Source: Promethearchaeota archaeon (GTDB taxonomy: Archaea; Asgardarchaeota; Lokiarchaeia; Sigyniarchaeales; SOKP01). Taken from it: a stretch of DNA of 26,473 nucleotides. Under the pieces are notes generated by a model. That model saw only the letters and a program-made list of their open reading frames with translations. It had not been told where the DNA came from and did no database searches. The position numbers and the translations under genes are program-made. The stretch spans positions 1-26,473 of the forward strand of contig JAGXNO010000045.1 of the NCBI GenBank assembly GCA_019894975.1, given 5' to 3'. Position 1 is the stretch's first letter. Each line of letters opens with the position of its first letter. Positions 7,947 through 17,320 of the stretch are shown here, one piece after another.

Positions 7947-9674
7947 TTACTTAGTTGATATCTCTTTAGCTTTAGCTAGGAACTCATCCAGATTCCTTCT
8001 AATTTCTATTTTGTTAAATTTTCCAACGCTAGTTCGAGGTATTTCATCGACAATTACCACAAGTTTAGGAAGCATCCATTTGGTTATCTTCCCTTTATCC
8101 ACTCCTTCGGTTTTGAGAAATTTAATTAGATCTTCTTCCTTCTTATTAGAATTAGGGACGAGTTTCATTATAGCCATAGTTTTTTCCCCCCATACTTCAT
8201 CTGGAACTCCTACAAAAGTAGCTTCGAGTATAAAATCAGCCATGGCAGCTAAATTTTCAAGTAACACAGTAGGAACCATTTCAGCCCCACTTCTTATAAC
8301 ATCCTTCATCCGATCCACAATTACGATAAAGTCTTCTTCATCAACTTTGGCAACATCTCCGGTATGAAACCACTCATCATACCATACCTCAGCAGTTTTT
8401 TCTGGATTTTTATAATATTTTTCCATTATCCAGGGACCACGAATTACTATCTGTCCAATGGATTCATCATCGTGAGGAACAGAGTTCCCATTTTCGTCAA
8501 CTACATCTACTTCGAGACCAGGTATTGGTAATCCTGTTTTCACTCTCACTTCATCTAATTTTTCTTTTGACCAATCTCTCATGTATTTCTTAACAAATGC
8601 TCCTACAGTAGTTGGCGCAGTTTCAGTCATTCCATATCCTGATCTTGCTGTAAATCCAGGAATCTTTTTCTCTATTTTGTCTTTTAATCCTAATGGTAAG
8701 GCTCCACCACCTACGCTAACCTGAACTAAGGAACTCAAATCATATTTATCAATATCTTCATACTCTAAAAGCAATGCTAGAATTGTTGGAACTACAGCAA
8801 CCGTTGTTACTTTCTCATTTTGAACTAATTCGCAGAATCCATCAACTGTGAATGTCCCAGGTAGCACAATCTTTTGTGATAGGAACACATAGAAGAAGGG
8901 GGCGCCCCAAGCATGGATATGGTATAAGGGTGTGATCATTAGAGGAATAGAATTTTCACCGAGATGAACAAGTGTAGGATCGTTTTGAAAACCACTATAA
9001 GCAATCATATGTAAGGTAAAGATATAAAGTGCCCTATGGGTGTATATGGCACCTTTTGGTAATCCCGTAGTACCAGTTGTGTAACAGAGAGTAGCGTAAT
9101 TATCCTCACTTAAATAAGGCCATTCGAATTCATCTGATTCTTGTTTGAGCAGCACCTCATACTCATAAAGGTTCGCAATTTTCGTATCAGGTAATCCTGG
9201 TTTATCTGACATATATACAAATTTCTCAACGGTGTTTTTTATCTTATCATAAATTGATTCTACAAGTGGTAGGAGGACATCATCAAAGAAAATAATTTTA
9301 TCTTCTGAATGATTTACTGTAAAAATAATGTGATCTTGGGCAAGTCTTATATTAATTGGATGGAGTAAAGCCCCACTGCAAGGAACGCCATAATAAAGCT
9401 CAAGATGTCTATGTGTATTTAGAGCCATTGTAGCAACTCTATCACCAGGCTTACCTGCTTTGCCAGGTTTAACATCTAAAGCCTTTAGGACGTTTGCTAA
9501 ACGACAAGTACGCTTGTACCATTCAATCCACGTAAAACGGTAATATTTACCAGTAACATGGTTTCTATATACAACACCTACCTCATTTGGATAAACTTTC
9601 ACTGGTCTCTTCATTAAGGTTGTAAGAAGTAGAGGATAGTGCGAACTAAATTCTGGATATGTTTTATTTACCAT
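7947..9674 (-). CDS. Long/medium-chain fatty acid--CoA ligase (AMP-forming acyl-CoA synthetase)
   Basis: AMP-binding YTTGTTGLPKG, GYGMTE, WFHTGD, VDRMKDVIRSG, catalytic Lys in PRTSVGK. Confidence 0.93.
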   Translation of the reverse strand: MVNKTYPEFSSHYPLLLTTLMKRPVKVYPNEVGVVYRNHVTGKYYRFTWIEWYKRTCRLANVLKALDVKPGKAGKPGDRVATMALNTHRHLELYYGVPCSGALLHPINIRLAQDHIIFTVNHSEDKIIFFDDVLLPLVESIYDKIKNTVEKFVYMSDKPGLPDTKIANLYEYEVLLKQESDEFEWPYLSEDNYATLCYTTGTTGLPKGAIYTHRALYIFTLHMIAYSGFQNDPTLVHLGENSIPLMITPLYHIHAWGAPFFYVFLSQKIVLPGTFTVDGFCELVQNEKVTTVAVVPTILALLLEYEDIDKYDLSSLVQVSVGGGALPLGLKDKIEKKIPGFTARSGYGMTETAPTTVGAFVKKYMRDWSKEKLDEVRVKTGLPIPGLEVDVVDENGNSVPHDDESIGQIVIRGPWIMEKYYKNPEKTAEVWYDEWFHTGDVAKVDEEDFIVIVDRMKDVIRSGAEMVPTVLLENLAAMADFILEATFVGVPDEVWGEKTMAIMKLVPNSNKKEEDLIKFLKTEGVDKGKITKWMLPKLVVIVDEIPRTSVGKFNKIEIRRNLDEFLAKAKEISTK

Positions 9675-9805
9675 GTTTTATCTCCAAGGATTTTTTTCGT
9701 AACTAATATCTTAATTCATAGTTCTATAATTTATAATTTAGATCATAAAACCGTCATTATTTTTATTTTAATCGTTATTGTTTAAATACTTTAAATTAGG
9801 CGATT

Positions 9806-9842
9806 TCATTCTCAATTCTTTAATTTGATATATGATTATATT
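9806..9842 (+). promoter_or_regulatory. 37-bp upstream element, copy 1 (before the flavin oxidoreductase gene)
   Basis: TCATTCTCAATTCTTTAATTTGATATATGATTATATT; 34/37 identical to 13222-13258. Confidence 0.6.
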
Positions 9843-9867
9843 GCTTAATTATTAAATTCAAAATAAC

Positions 9868-11007
9868 TTGATTTACACCATGCTTGCGAAACCAAAAAAA
9901 ATAGGGAATGTAGAGATTAAAAATAGGTTCGTGAGATCTGCAACTTATGAGGGAATGGCTACTGAAAAGGGTGAAATAACAGATAATCTAATAAATTTTT
10001 ATAAAACCTTATCAGAAGGAGGATGCGGATTAATAATAACTAGCTATGCTTTTGTCCAGCAAAATGGGAGAGCCCAAAATAAACAGATTGCAGTATATCA
10101 TGACAGTTTCATTCCGGGTTTAAGAAAAATTGCGGATACTGTTCATAAAAACGGTGAAGGTTGTAAAACAGCGTTACAAATCGTTCATGCAGGTCGTCAA
10201 TCCCACCATGTTAAAGAAACAATTGCCCCTTCAGCAATAATGGAAGGTTTTATGAATATTATTCCTAAAGAGATGTCTAGAGATGATATTGAAGAGACTG
10301 TTGAAGCTTTTGCTCAAGCAGCAAGAAGGACGAAGGAAGCAGGTTTTGACGCGGTTCAACTGCATGGTGCTCATGGATATTTAATAAGCGAATTTTTATC
10401 ACCATATACAAATAAACGAACAGATGAGTATGGTGGTAATACTGATAATCGAATACGATTTGTTGAAAACATCTGTAAGAAAAGCAGAGAATTAGTTGGA
10501 GATGACTTTCCAATTCTCATTAAAATGAATTGTGATGATTTTCTAGAAGGGGGAATTACTCTTGAAGAATCTAAAAAAATCACAAAACTGCTTTCAGATA
10601 TTGGATTTGATGCTATAGAAATAAGTAGTTGTATGTGGGAAACAGTTAAACGAAAGAAAAAAGATATTGGTTGGAGACCTACATTTATTCCAGAAAGTCG
10701 AATGGCTATTGGATCTGTGAATGAAGCTGCTTATCATCTACCTTACGCTAGAGAAATTAAAAAGGAAATTGATATTCCATTAATATTAGTCGGTGGAATT
10801 AACTCAATTGATTTAGTTGAAGAGATATTAGAGAATGGGGATGCTGATTTCGTTTCATTTAGTCGACCATTAATTCGAGAACCAAATCTGCCAAATAGAT
10901 GGATAAAAGGCATTGGAAGCGCTCTTGTTGAATGTGAATACTGCAACAATTGTGTATTAACTTTGGCTAAAGAAGGGCTTCATTGCACCAAAAAAGAAGA
11001 ATCTTAG
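9868..11007 (+). CDS. NADH:flavin oxidoreductase, old yellow enzyme family
   Basis: NRFVRSAT, QIVHAGRQ, GFDAVQLHGAHGYL, NKRTDEYGG, SRPLIREP, C-terminal CxxCxxC...C. Start is TTG 9868 or ATG 9880. Confidence 0.92.
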   Translation: MIYTMLAKPKKIGNVEIKNRFVRSATYEGMATEKGEITDNLINFYKTLSEGGCGLIITSYAFVQQNGRAQNKQIAVYHDSFIPGLRKIADTVHKNGEGCKTALQIVHAGRQSHHVKETIAPSAIMEGFMNIIPKEMSRDDIEETVEAFAQAARRTKEAGFDAVQLHGAHGYLISEFLSPYTNKRTDEYGGNTDNRIRFVENICKKSRELVGDDFPILIKMNCDDFLEGGITLEESKKITKLLSDIGFDAIEISSCMWETVKRKKKDIGWRPTFIPESRMAIGSVNEAAYHLPYAREIKKEIDIPLILVGGINSIDLVEEILENGDADFVSFSRPLIREPNLPNRWIKGIGSALVECEYCNNCVLTLAKEGLHCTKKEES

Positions 11008-11319
11008 ATTAGTTTAGTTCGAATTTTATTTTTTATCTCTATCTTTAAATTTATGAATTTAGATGAATGAAAGCAAATTAGTGACTTTAGAAGAAAAAGG
11101 TTTACTTTATCTTCAAGAGAGGGATTATAAAAGAAAAATAAGTTATAATTAAATATGAAAATATAATTTATATACTTAAAAAATCCAATTAAAAGTGTAA
11201 AAAAAATATCTAAAAGATTCTTATTTTTCTTAAGTATATCAATAGTTGTAAGTCTGCTTTTCGTATCTTCAAAGATATCATTAAACCCATTCTATTCTTC
11301 CTATGCACAGCAAACAGGA

Positions 11320-13152
11320 ATGGATTATCAACATAATATTCTCATAGAACGTCCAAAAATATCTGTCGTTCACGAACTAATTTCAATTGACGGAAATGCT
11401 GATTTCCATACTCAAGCGTTGAATGAAGGGTGGTCTGGAAATGGAACGGTAGGTAATCCATATGTTATTGAGGATTATATCATAACTAATAATCGTTCCA
11501 ATCAACATGTAATATATATTCAAAATACAAATGTGTATTTCATTATTCAAAATGTCACTGTAAAAATCACCAGATATGCTTTTGATAAAAGTGGCTATTA
11601 TCTAAATAATGTCAAAAACGGAGAACTAAGGAACAATACCGCTACTGGCACTGATCCATTTCATTTTTTTTATGGTTTCTACCTTCAAAACTCCACCAAT
11701 AATATCTTAACAGGAAATGACGTCAATAATACTTATAAAGGTTTTATTCTCAATAATTCTTCTAATAACCTCTTGATGGACAATATCGCTGTTACTAATT
11801 ATTATGGATTCTGCTTTCACTCCTCCGCCAATAACACATTCATGGAGAATACCGTTAATAATAATTATAGAGTTGGTCTTCATCTCTATAACTCTGCAAA
11901 TAATACATTGACCGAAAATTTATTTAACAATAATGGAATTCTTATAGAGAGCGACACAATAGAAAAATCTATTCAAAATGTAGTGGAAAATAATACTGTG
12001 AATGAAAAAGACTTAATTTATCTTCAGAATGAAGTAAGCATTATTATTTCTTCTGATGCAGGACAGGTTATCCTCGTTAATTGCTCATCCATTCAAATTA
12101 AAAATATTATAATTGAAACGAAAGCATCAGTGCCATTTTTATTACTATTCAGCGTAAATATCTCAATAACTAATAGTACTGCTAATAATAATTATTATGG
12201 ATTCTATCTACAATATTCTACCAATAGTTTTTTGACTGGTAATACCGCCAATAACAATGATGATTCTGGTTTTCATCTCTGGTACTCAACGAATAACACC
12301 CTATTGAGTAATAACGCCAATGATAATTCTAAGGGTATCTACCTTCAATATTCCACCAATAATACTTTAACTAGTAATAAACCTAATGAAAATAGAGATG
12401 GAATCTATCTCTATACATCCCCCAATAATATTTTAACTGACAATGTACTTGTTAACAATGGATTTGGTATGCTAAGTTATACAGTAGAAGATTCAATTCA
12501 AGCTTTAGTTAGAAACAATACTATAAATCAAAAGGACTTGATTTATCTTCAGTATGGGATGGATAATGTTATTTCTTCAGAAGTTGGGCAAATAATTCTT
12601 GTTAATTGCTCATCCTTGCGAATCGAAAATCTTGTTTTTGAAGAGAGAATATCAACAGCATTTTCATTACACTTTAGTACAAATATCTCAATAATTAATA
12701 ATACCTTCAATAGTGTTTTTACTGGCCTTCATCTTTGGTTTTCCAACAATAACACTCTGATTGGTAATACTGCTTGTAATAGTATTAATGGTTTTACACT
12801 CTATACATCCACCAATAACACCCTGTTAGACAATACTGCTAGTAACAATCATATTGGTTTTTTTCTCTATGCATCCTCTAATAATACCTTGATAAACAAT
12901 ATCGCCAATTATAACTATGAATATGGTATTTACTTAGGCTTAAGCAATTATAATAAAATTCGTGGAAACACATTATTATATAGTGGAAATGATTGTATTG
13001 TTCAGTTTGATTGCATAGGAAACATTATTTTAGATAATATATGTGAAGATGATGGTACAATAATTTCAAGTTATAATTTAGTGTTTATATTAGGAATCCT
13101 TGCTCTTGTTTCTTTGATATACATTAAAAAACGATATATCAAAAATAAATAG
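11320..13152 (+). CDS. NosD/CASH right-handed beta-helix surface protein with a C-terminal Loki-CTERM-like anchor; true start probably upstream
   Basis: GNGT..NPYVIE N-cap, many GFYL.YS.NN.L..N.A.NN repeats, C-terminal ISSYN + TM helix + basic tail. The same frame stays open upstream to 11167 and encodes a signal-peptide-like KKISKRFLFFLSISIVVSLLFVSS. Confidence 0.85.
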   Translation: MDYQHNILIERPKISVVHELISIDGNADFHTQALNEGWSGNGTVGNPYVIEDYIITNNRSNQHVIYIQNTNVYFIIQNVTVKITRYAFDKSGYYLNNVKNGELRNNTATGTDPFHFFYGFYLQNSTNNILTGNDVNNTYKGFILNNSSNNLLMDNIAVTNYYGFCFHSSANNTFMENTVNNNYRVGLHLYNSANNTLTENLFNNNGILIESDTIEKSIQNVVENNTVNEKDLIYLQNEVSIIISSDAGQVILVNCSSIQIKNIIIETKASVPFLLLFSVNISITNSTANNNYYGFYLQYSTNSFLTGNTANNNDDSGFHLWYSTNNTLLSNNANDNSKGIYLQYSTNNTLTSNKPNENRDGIYLYTSPNNILTDNVLVNNGFGMLSYTVEDSIQALVRNNTINQKDLIYLQYGMDNVISSEVGQIILVNCSSLRIENLVFEERISTAFSLHFSTNISIINNTFNSVFTGLHLWFSNNNTLIGNTACNSINGFTLYTSTNNTLLDNTASNNHIGFFLYASSNNTLINNIANYNYEYGIYLGLSNYNKIRGNTLLYSGNDCIVQFDCIGNIILDNICEDDGTIISSYNLVFILGILALVSLIYIKKRYIKNK

Positions 13153-13221
13153 TTAGATAATCTCCAATTTTAATGTGCAATCCGAAATCTTTAATTCATT
13201 GAATAAATAAAAAGAGCTCTG

Positions 13222-13258
13222 TCATTCTAAATTCTTTAATTTGATAAATAATTATATT
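13222..13258 (+). promoter_or_regulatory. 37-bp upstream element, copy 2 (before CoA-transferase-like subunit A)
   Basis: TCATTCTAAATTCTTTAATTTGATAAATAATTATATT; 34/37 identical to 9806-9842. Confidence 0.6.
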
Positions 13259-13316
13259 TTGCAAAATTAAATACACACTAGTTTTATAAAAAATTAAATT
13301 GAATATGTGTTAAGAA

Positions 13317-14177
13317 ATGAAAAAAAGCAAGGTGTTATCTTTAGAAGAAGCGATTTCTACTTATATTCAAGATGGGGATCTTGTTGGAATAGGAGGGCTT
13401 TCTTTTTGGAGAAAAGCAACCAGTGCGTGTCGTGAATTAATTAGACAAAATAAAAAAGACCTATCAATATGTACATTCGTTGGTGGATTAGAAGTAGATA
13501 TGCTCATAGCCGGAGGGTGTGTTTCAGAAGTAAGAAGTTGTTTTGTAGGTATGGAAATATTTGGTATGGCCCCACACTACAGAAAAGCTGTTGAGTCTGG
13601 CTCTATAAGGATTTCTGAAGAAAGTGAAGCGACAATCGCTTTAGGATTAAGAGCATCCTACTTGAAAGTACCATTTATGCCTTTAAAAGGTATCATTGGA
13701 ACTGATTTGGCAAAAGTCAGGAGCGATATCAAACAAATCGAAGACCCTCTTGGTTCAGGAACTCAGGTTATGGCTGTTCCTAAAATAGATTTAGATGTAG
13801 CTATTTTACATGTACCCTATGCTGATGAGTATGGTAATGGAAATATTGCAGGTGCTGTGTGGATGGATGCGGATATGGCAAAAACAGCAAAAAAAACAAT
13901 TATTATCTGTGAAAAGCTAGTAGAAACAGAAGACATTCGCTATTTACCGGGAAAAGCACAGTTGCCGATGCAGACTACTACTGCTGTTGTGAAAATGCCT
14001 TTTGGTGCCCATCCTACAAGTTGCTATCCCATATATACATTTGATCCGAACCACATCCAGACATATCTCAAAACAGATTTCAATGATTATAGAAAGAAAT
14101 ATATTGAAACTAAATCTCATGCTGACTATTTAGAAAACGCGGGAGGCGCAAAAACGATATTAGATATACTGTTATAA
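13317..14177 (+). CDS. Family I CoA-transferase fold, subunit A (GctA/IpdA-like)
   Basis: SLEEAI..IQDGDLVGIGG, LGLRASYLKVPFMP, DVAILHVPYADEYGN, PFGAHPTSC. Confidence 0.88.
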   Translation: MKKSKVLSLEEAISTYIQDGDLVGIGGLSFWRKATSACRELIRQNKKDLSICTFVGGLEVDMLIAGGCVSEVRSCFVGMEIFGMAPHYRKAVESGSIRISEESEATIALGLRASYLKVPFMPLKGIIGTDLAKVRSDIKQIEDPLGSGTQVMAVPKIDLDVAILHVPYADEYGNGNIAGAVWMDADMAKTAKKTIIICEKLVETEDIRYLPGKAQLPMQTTTAVVKMPFGAHPTSCYPIYTFDPNHIQTYLKTDFNDYRKKYIETKSHADYLENAGGAKTILDILL

Positions 14178-14215
14178 AATATTTTTCATAATCTATAACA
14201 TAAAAGAGGATAAAT

Positions 14216-15001
14216 ATGGTAGAAAAAAACTCTACATTAAAATTAATTGAAAATAGAAGGACAATTCGAGCTTACAGCAAGAAAGAGCTAACACAAGAAG
14301 AAATTAATACAATCATACATGGAGCAATGAGAGCACCTACAGCAGGGAATATGATGATGTATTCTATTCTCCAGATAACAGATCAAGATATAAAAGATAA
14401 GCTTGTTAAAACTTGTGATAATCAGCCACACATCGCTAAAGCTCCACTGGTTCTAATATTTCTAGCAGATATGCAACGATGGTGGGATTATTTTTCGATT
14501 AGTAAAGTGCCTGAATTATGTGAGGAGATTGGAGAAAAATTCGATACACCTCAAGAATCCGATTTACTTCTTGCTTCTTGTGATGCATTAATAGCAGCTC
14601 AAAATGCGGTTATAACAGCAGAATCTTTAGGAATTGGATCCTGTTATATTGGTGATATTATGGAAAACTATGAAATTCATCGAGAAATGTTCAACCTTCC
14701 GAAATGGGTATTTCCAATCGCGATGGTATGTTTTGGTTACCCAAGAGGTGATAAAGAGAAAATTCCTTTAACATCACGTTTTCCTCAAAAATTCATCCAT
14801 TTCAAAAATAAATATCAGAGATTAAGTGAGGAAGAATTAACAGAAATGTTTCAGAATTCAGATAGGAAAATTGTAGATAAAAAAGCTAAAAATATGGGAC
14901 AAGAGGTGTATCTTCGTAAGACTGGAGCTGATTTTACGAAAGAGATGAGAAGATCTGTTAAAGCGGCAATTAAAGTATGGTTATCAGAAAATGATGAATA
15001 A
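14216..15001 (+). CDS. Nitroreductase, NfsA/FRP-like
   Basis: RRTIRAY, APTAGNMMMYSI, DALIAAQNAVITAESLGIGSCYIG, FGYP. Confidence 0.9.
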   Translation: MVEKNSTLKLIENRRTIRAYSKKELTQEEINTIIHGAMRAPTAGNMMMYSILQITDQDIKDKLVKTCDNQPHIAKAPLVLIFLADMQRWWDYFSISKVPELCEEIGEKFDTPQESDLLLASCDALIAAQNAVITAESLGIGSCYIGDIMENYEIHREMFNLPKWVFPIAMVCFGYPRGDKEKIPLTSRFPQKFIHFKNKYQRLSEEELTEMFQNSDRKIVDKKAKNMGQEVYLRKTGADFTKEMRRSVKAAIKVWLSENDE

Positions 15002-15024
15002 AATTCTATTAGGAGGAAAATGAG

Positions 15025-15909
15025 ATGGTGGAATATTCGAAAGATTATACGATCGATGAAATGATGACAGTTTTAATGGCTAGAGAGGTCCAAAATGACG
15101 ATATAATGATCGTGGGGGTTGCAACTCCACTAGTATGGGCGGCTTTTACATTAGCAAAGGTGACTCATGCTCCTGATGCTATCTATCACTATATCATGGG
15201 AAATACTTTTGTAATGGAACCTCGACAAGTGAGTTTACTCTATCTTGAAATGAATACTGCAAGGGCTTATCGATTTCAGGACAGTGTAGAATGTACATTG
15301 GAATCACTTCCTTCTGATAAACTGACTACTATTGAATTCTTTAGACCCGCCCAGATCGATCAATATGGAAATACAAATAATATATGTATTGGGGATTGGA
15401 AAAAGCCAAAAATAAGACTTCCTGGAGCTGCAGGCATATTAGATTTCAGTATGTTTTATGCTCGTGGATCTTTCCTCTATACGCCTCGACATGATACAAG
15501 AACCTTTGTTCCAACCGAAAAACTTGATTTTATATCTGGGGTAGGATTTCCTGATGGAAAACCTTCCATATGTGGGGGATCAGGTCCGCAGTGCGTTATT
15601 ACAAATCTTTCTTATTTAGAATTTGATGATGATACGAAAAAAATGAAATTAGGATCAATTCACCCCGGGATTAAACTTGAAACTGTAAAAGAATCAACTG
15701 GATTTGAGCTAATCTTACCAAATGAGTTGCAGGAAACGATACCACCAACGATAAAGGAAATTAAATTACTAAGGGAAAAAGTAGATCCATTAAATATTAG
15801 AAAGCTAGAAGTTCTTTCAGGAAATGAACGTGAAGAGCTTCTAGACGATGTAATACAAAAAGAATTGGCAAAACAAAATAAGTTCCCAAGGTTACTAAAC
15901 AAATTATAG
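15025..15909 (+). CDS. Family I CoA-transferase fold, subunit B (GctB/IpdB-like), catalytic Glu absent
   Basis: AQIDQYGNTN, RLPGAAG, LDFISGVG, GPQCVITNL, SIHPG, TGFEL, LLREKVDP. SD AGGAGG at 15011-15016. Confidence 0.88.
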   Translation: MVEYSKDYTIDEMMTVLMAREVQNDDIMIVGVATPLVWAAFTLAKVTHAPDAIYHYIMGNTFVMEPRQVSLLYLEMNTARAYRFQDSVECTLESLPSDKLTTIEFFRPAQIDQYGNTNNICIGDWKKPKIRLPGAAGILDFSMFYARGSFLYTPRHDTRTFVPTEKLDFISGVGFPDGKPSICGGSGPQCVITNLSYLEFDDDTKKMKLGSIHPGIKLETVKESTGFELILPNELQETIPPTIKEIKLLREKVDPLNIRKLEVLSGNEREELLDDVIQKELAKQNKFPRLLNKL

Positions 15910-15932
15910 TAATTGTTAAACAAAATGTATGG

Positions 15933-16760
15933 TTGATAATGAATTCTCGTGAAAGAGTAATATTAACTTTAAATCATACAGAGCCTGACAAGGTTCCTAT
16001 TGATTTGGGTGATTATGTAACAGGGATTCATATAATCGCATATCGCAACCTCCTTGATTATCTAGGAATCGAAGACAAGAACATTGGATTCAATAATTTT
16101 GCTGGGCAGACGGCAAATCCATGCGAAGAGCTTTTAGAGCGTTTTGAAACCGATACTAGATGGCTTCGAGCACCATTAGCATTTCTGCCAGAGAAGTTTA
16201 AACCTGCAGTGGAAGGAAAGTTCCAAGGAATATGGGACCAATTTGGTGTGTTTTGGGGAATCGATGCAGAGAAAGAACTTGATGAAATTCTCTACTATGA
16301 TCCTGTTATTAATCCGTTGAGTGAGATGACAACAGTCAAGCAAATCAAAGATTATAACTGGCCTGACGGAACGGATGATAATCACATGATCGGCCTAAGA
16401 GAAAGAGCAAAGCGACTAAGAGAATCCACACCGTATGCTATTGTTACAAGCCCGTATATAGGTAATCTTTTCGAGACCACAACATGGCTATTCGGATTCG
16501 ACAAGGCGTTACGTCATCTTGTAAGAAATCCTGAATTAATTGTTGCTGCCATGGAAGAACTGGAAAAGTACTGGTATGACTATGCTACAACATTCTTGAA
16601 TAAGATTAAGTTTGGGGATGAACATTATGTGGATATAGTTTGCCTTCAAGGAGACCTTGGTACACAATCAGGACCCTTTATGAATCTAAAGAGAATTTAT
16701 GAAATACATAGATGCCTGCTTCAACTGTTACTGTATGAGAAATCTCGTCAATGTCAATAA
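15933..16760 (+). pseudogene. Uroporphyrinogen decarboxylase / MtaA-CmuA methyltransferase family protein, C-terminally truncated near 16703
   Basis: MNSRERV..TLNHTEPDKVPIDLG, WDQFGVFW, YNWPD, GDLGTQSGPFM. The C-terminal third is missing; the last ~18 codons are the antisense of another gene. Confidence 0.75.
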
Positions 16761-17163
16761 TTCGGTCCAATTTTTTCAAATCTAAAATGATCCCACCAGA
16801 AGGAGCTGTGATCCCGAGACCACTTCCCCCAGCGAAAGGCACTATAGGAATAATGTACTGATTTGCTAAACTGACAATTTCCTGTACTTCTTCTGTCGTT
16901 TCAGGAAAAACAGCAAAATCAGGCATTACAATTCTGTATACTCCCTTAGCTACTGTGGTTCTTCTTAGAGGAATACCCCCAGGTAATTATGAGTACTTGT
17001 AAGAGAGTAGTTGTGATTCATCAGTGACAACATCCTCCTTACCAACTATCTTCGTTAGAGCCATTTGAATTTCTAACTGCTTCTCTTCAAGCTCAGGTTT
17101 CCTCCTTAGATATGAGGTGAACGAGAGCTTGAGCTTTTCTTTCTCAATCGTTTTATAAAACAT
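16678..17163 (-). pseudogene. FAD-binding oxidoreductase (GlcD / FAD_binding_4 type), N-terminal fragment with an internal TAA at 16987-16989
   Basis: The two minus-strand ORFs are in one frame: IVGKEDVVTD..LLSYKYS*LPGG...MPDFAVFPETTEEVQEIV...IPIVPFAGGSG...GGIILDLKKLDRIIDID...VTVEAG, after which family-like sequence ends near 16705. Likely start ATG 17163 after GGAG. Confidence 0.75.
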
Positions 17164-17320
17164 CAATTCTCCATTCTTTTTGATTTTATTTGTGCTTAAA
17201 CTTAAATATATAAGCAAATAATCCTTCTAAAAAAAAATTATAAATGATGAATTGAAAAAATAATTTTTTAACTAAAGCTCTTGAAAACTAATTAAAATAG
17301 AGAAAAGGCTGTCTTTTTCA

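Noticed and set aside
9443-9472. Extra KPGKAGKPG residues with hairpin ACCTG/CAGGT in the acyl-CoA ligase, as a hidden in-frame intron
   Set aside because: No 4-bp helix or bulge geometry and no stop codon; compatible with an ordinary loop insertion.
16927-17002. Pairings TTACAA/TTGTAA and GTAC/GTAT around the TAA in the FAD-oxidase fragment, as an intron
   Set aside because: Cutting by the BHB rule does not keep the frame, there is no proper inner stem, and the gene is truncated anyway.
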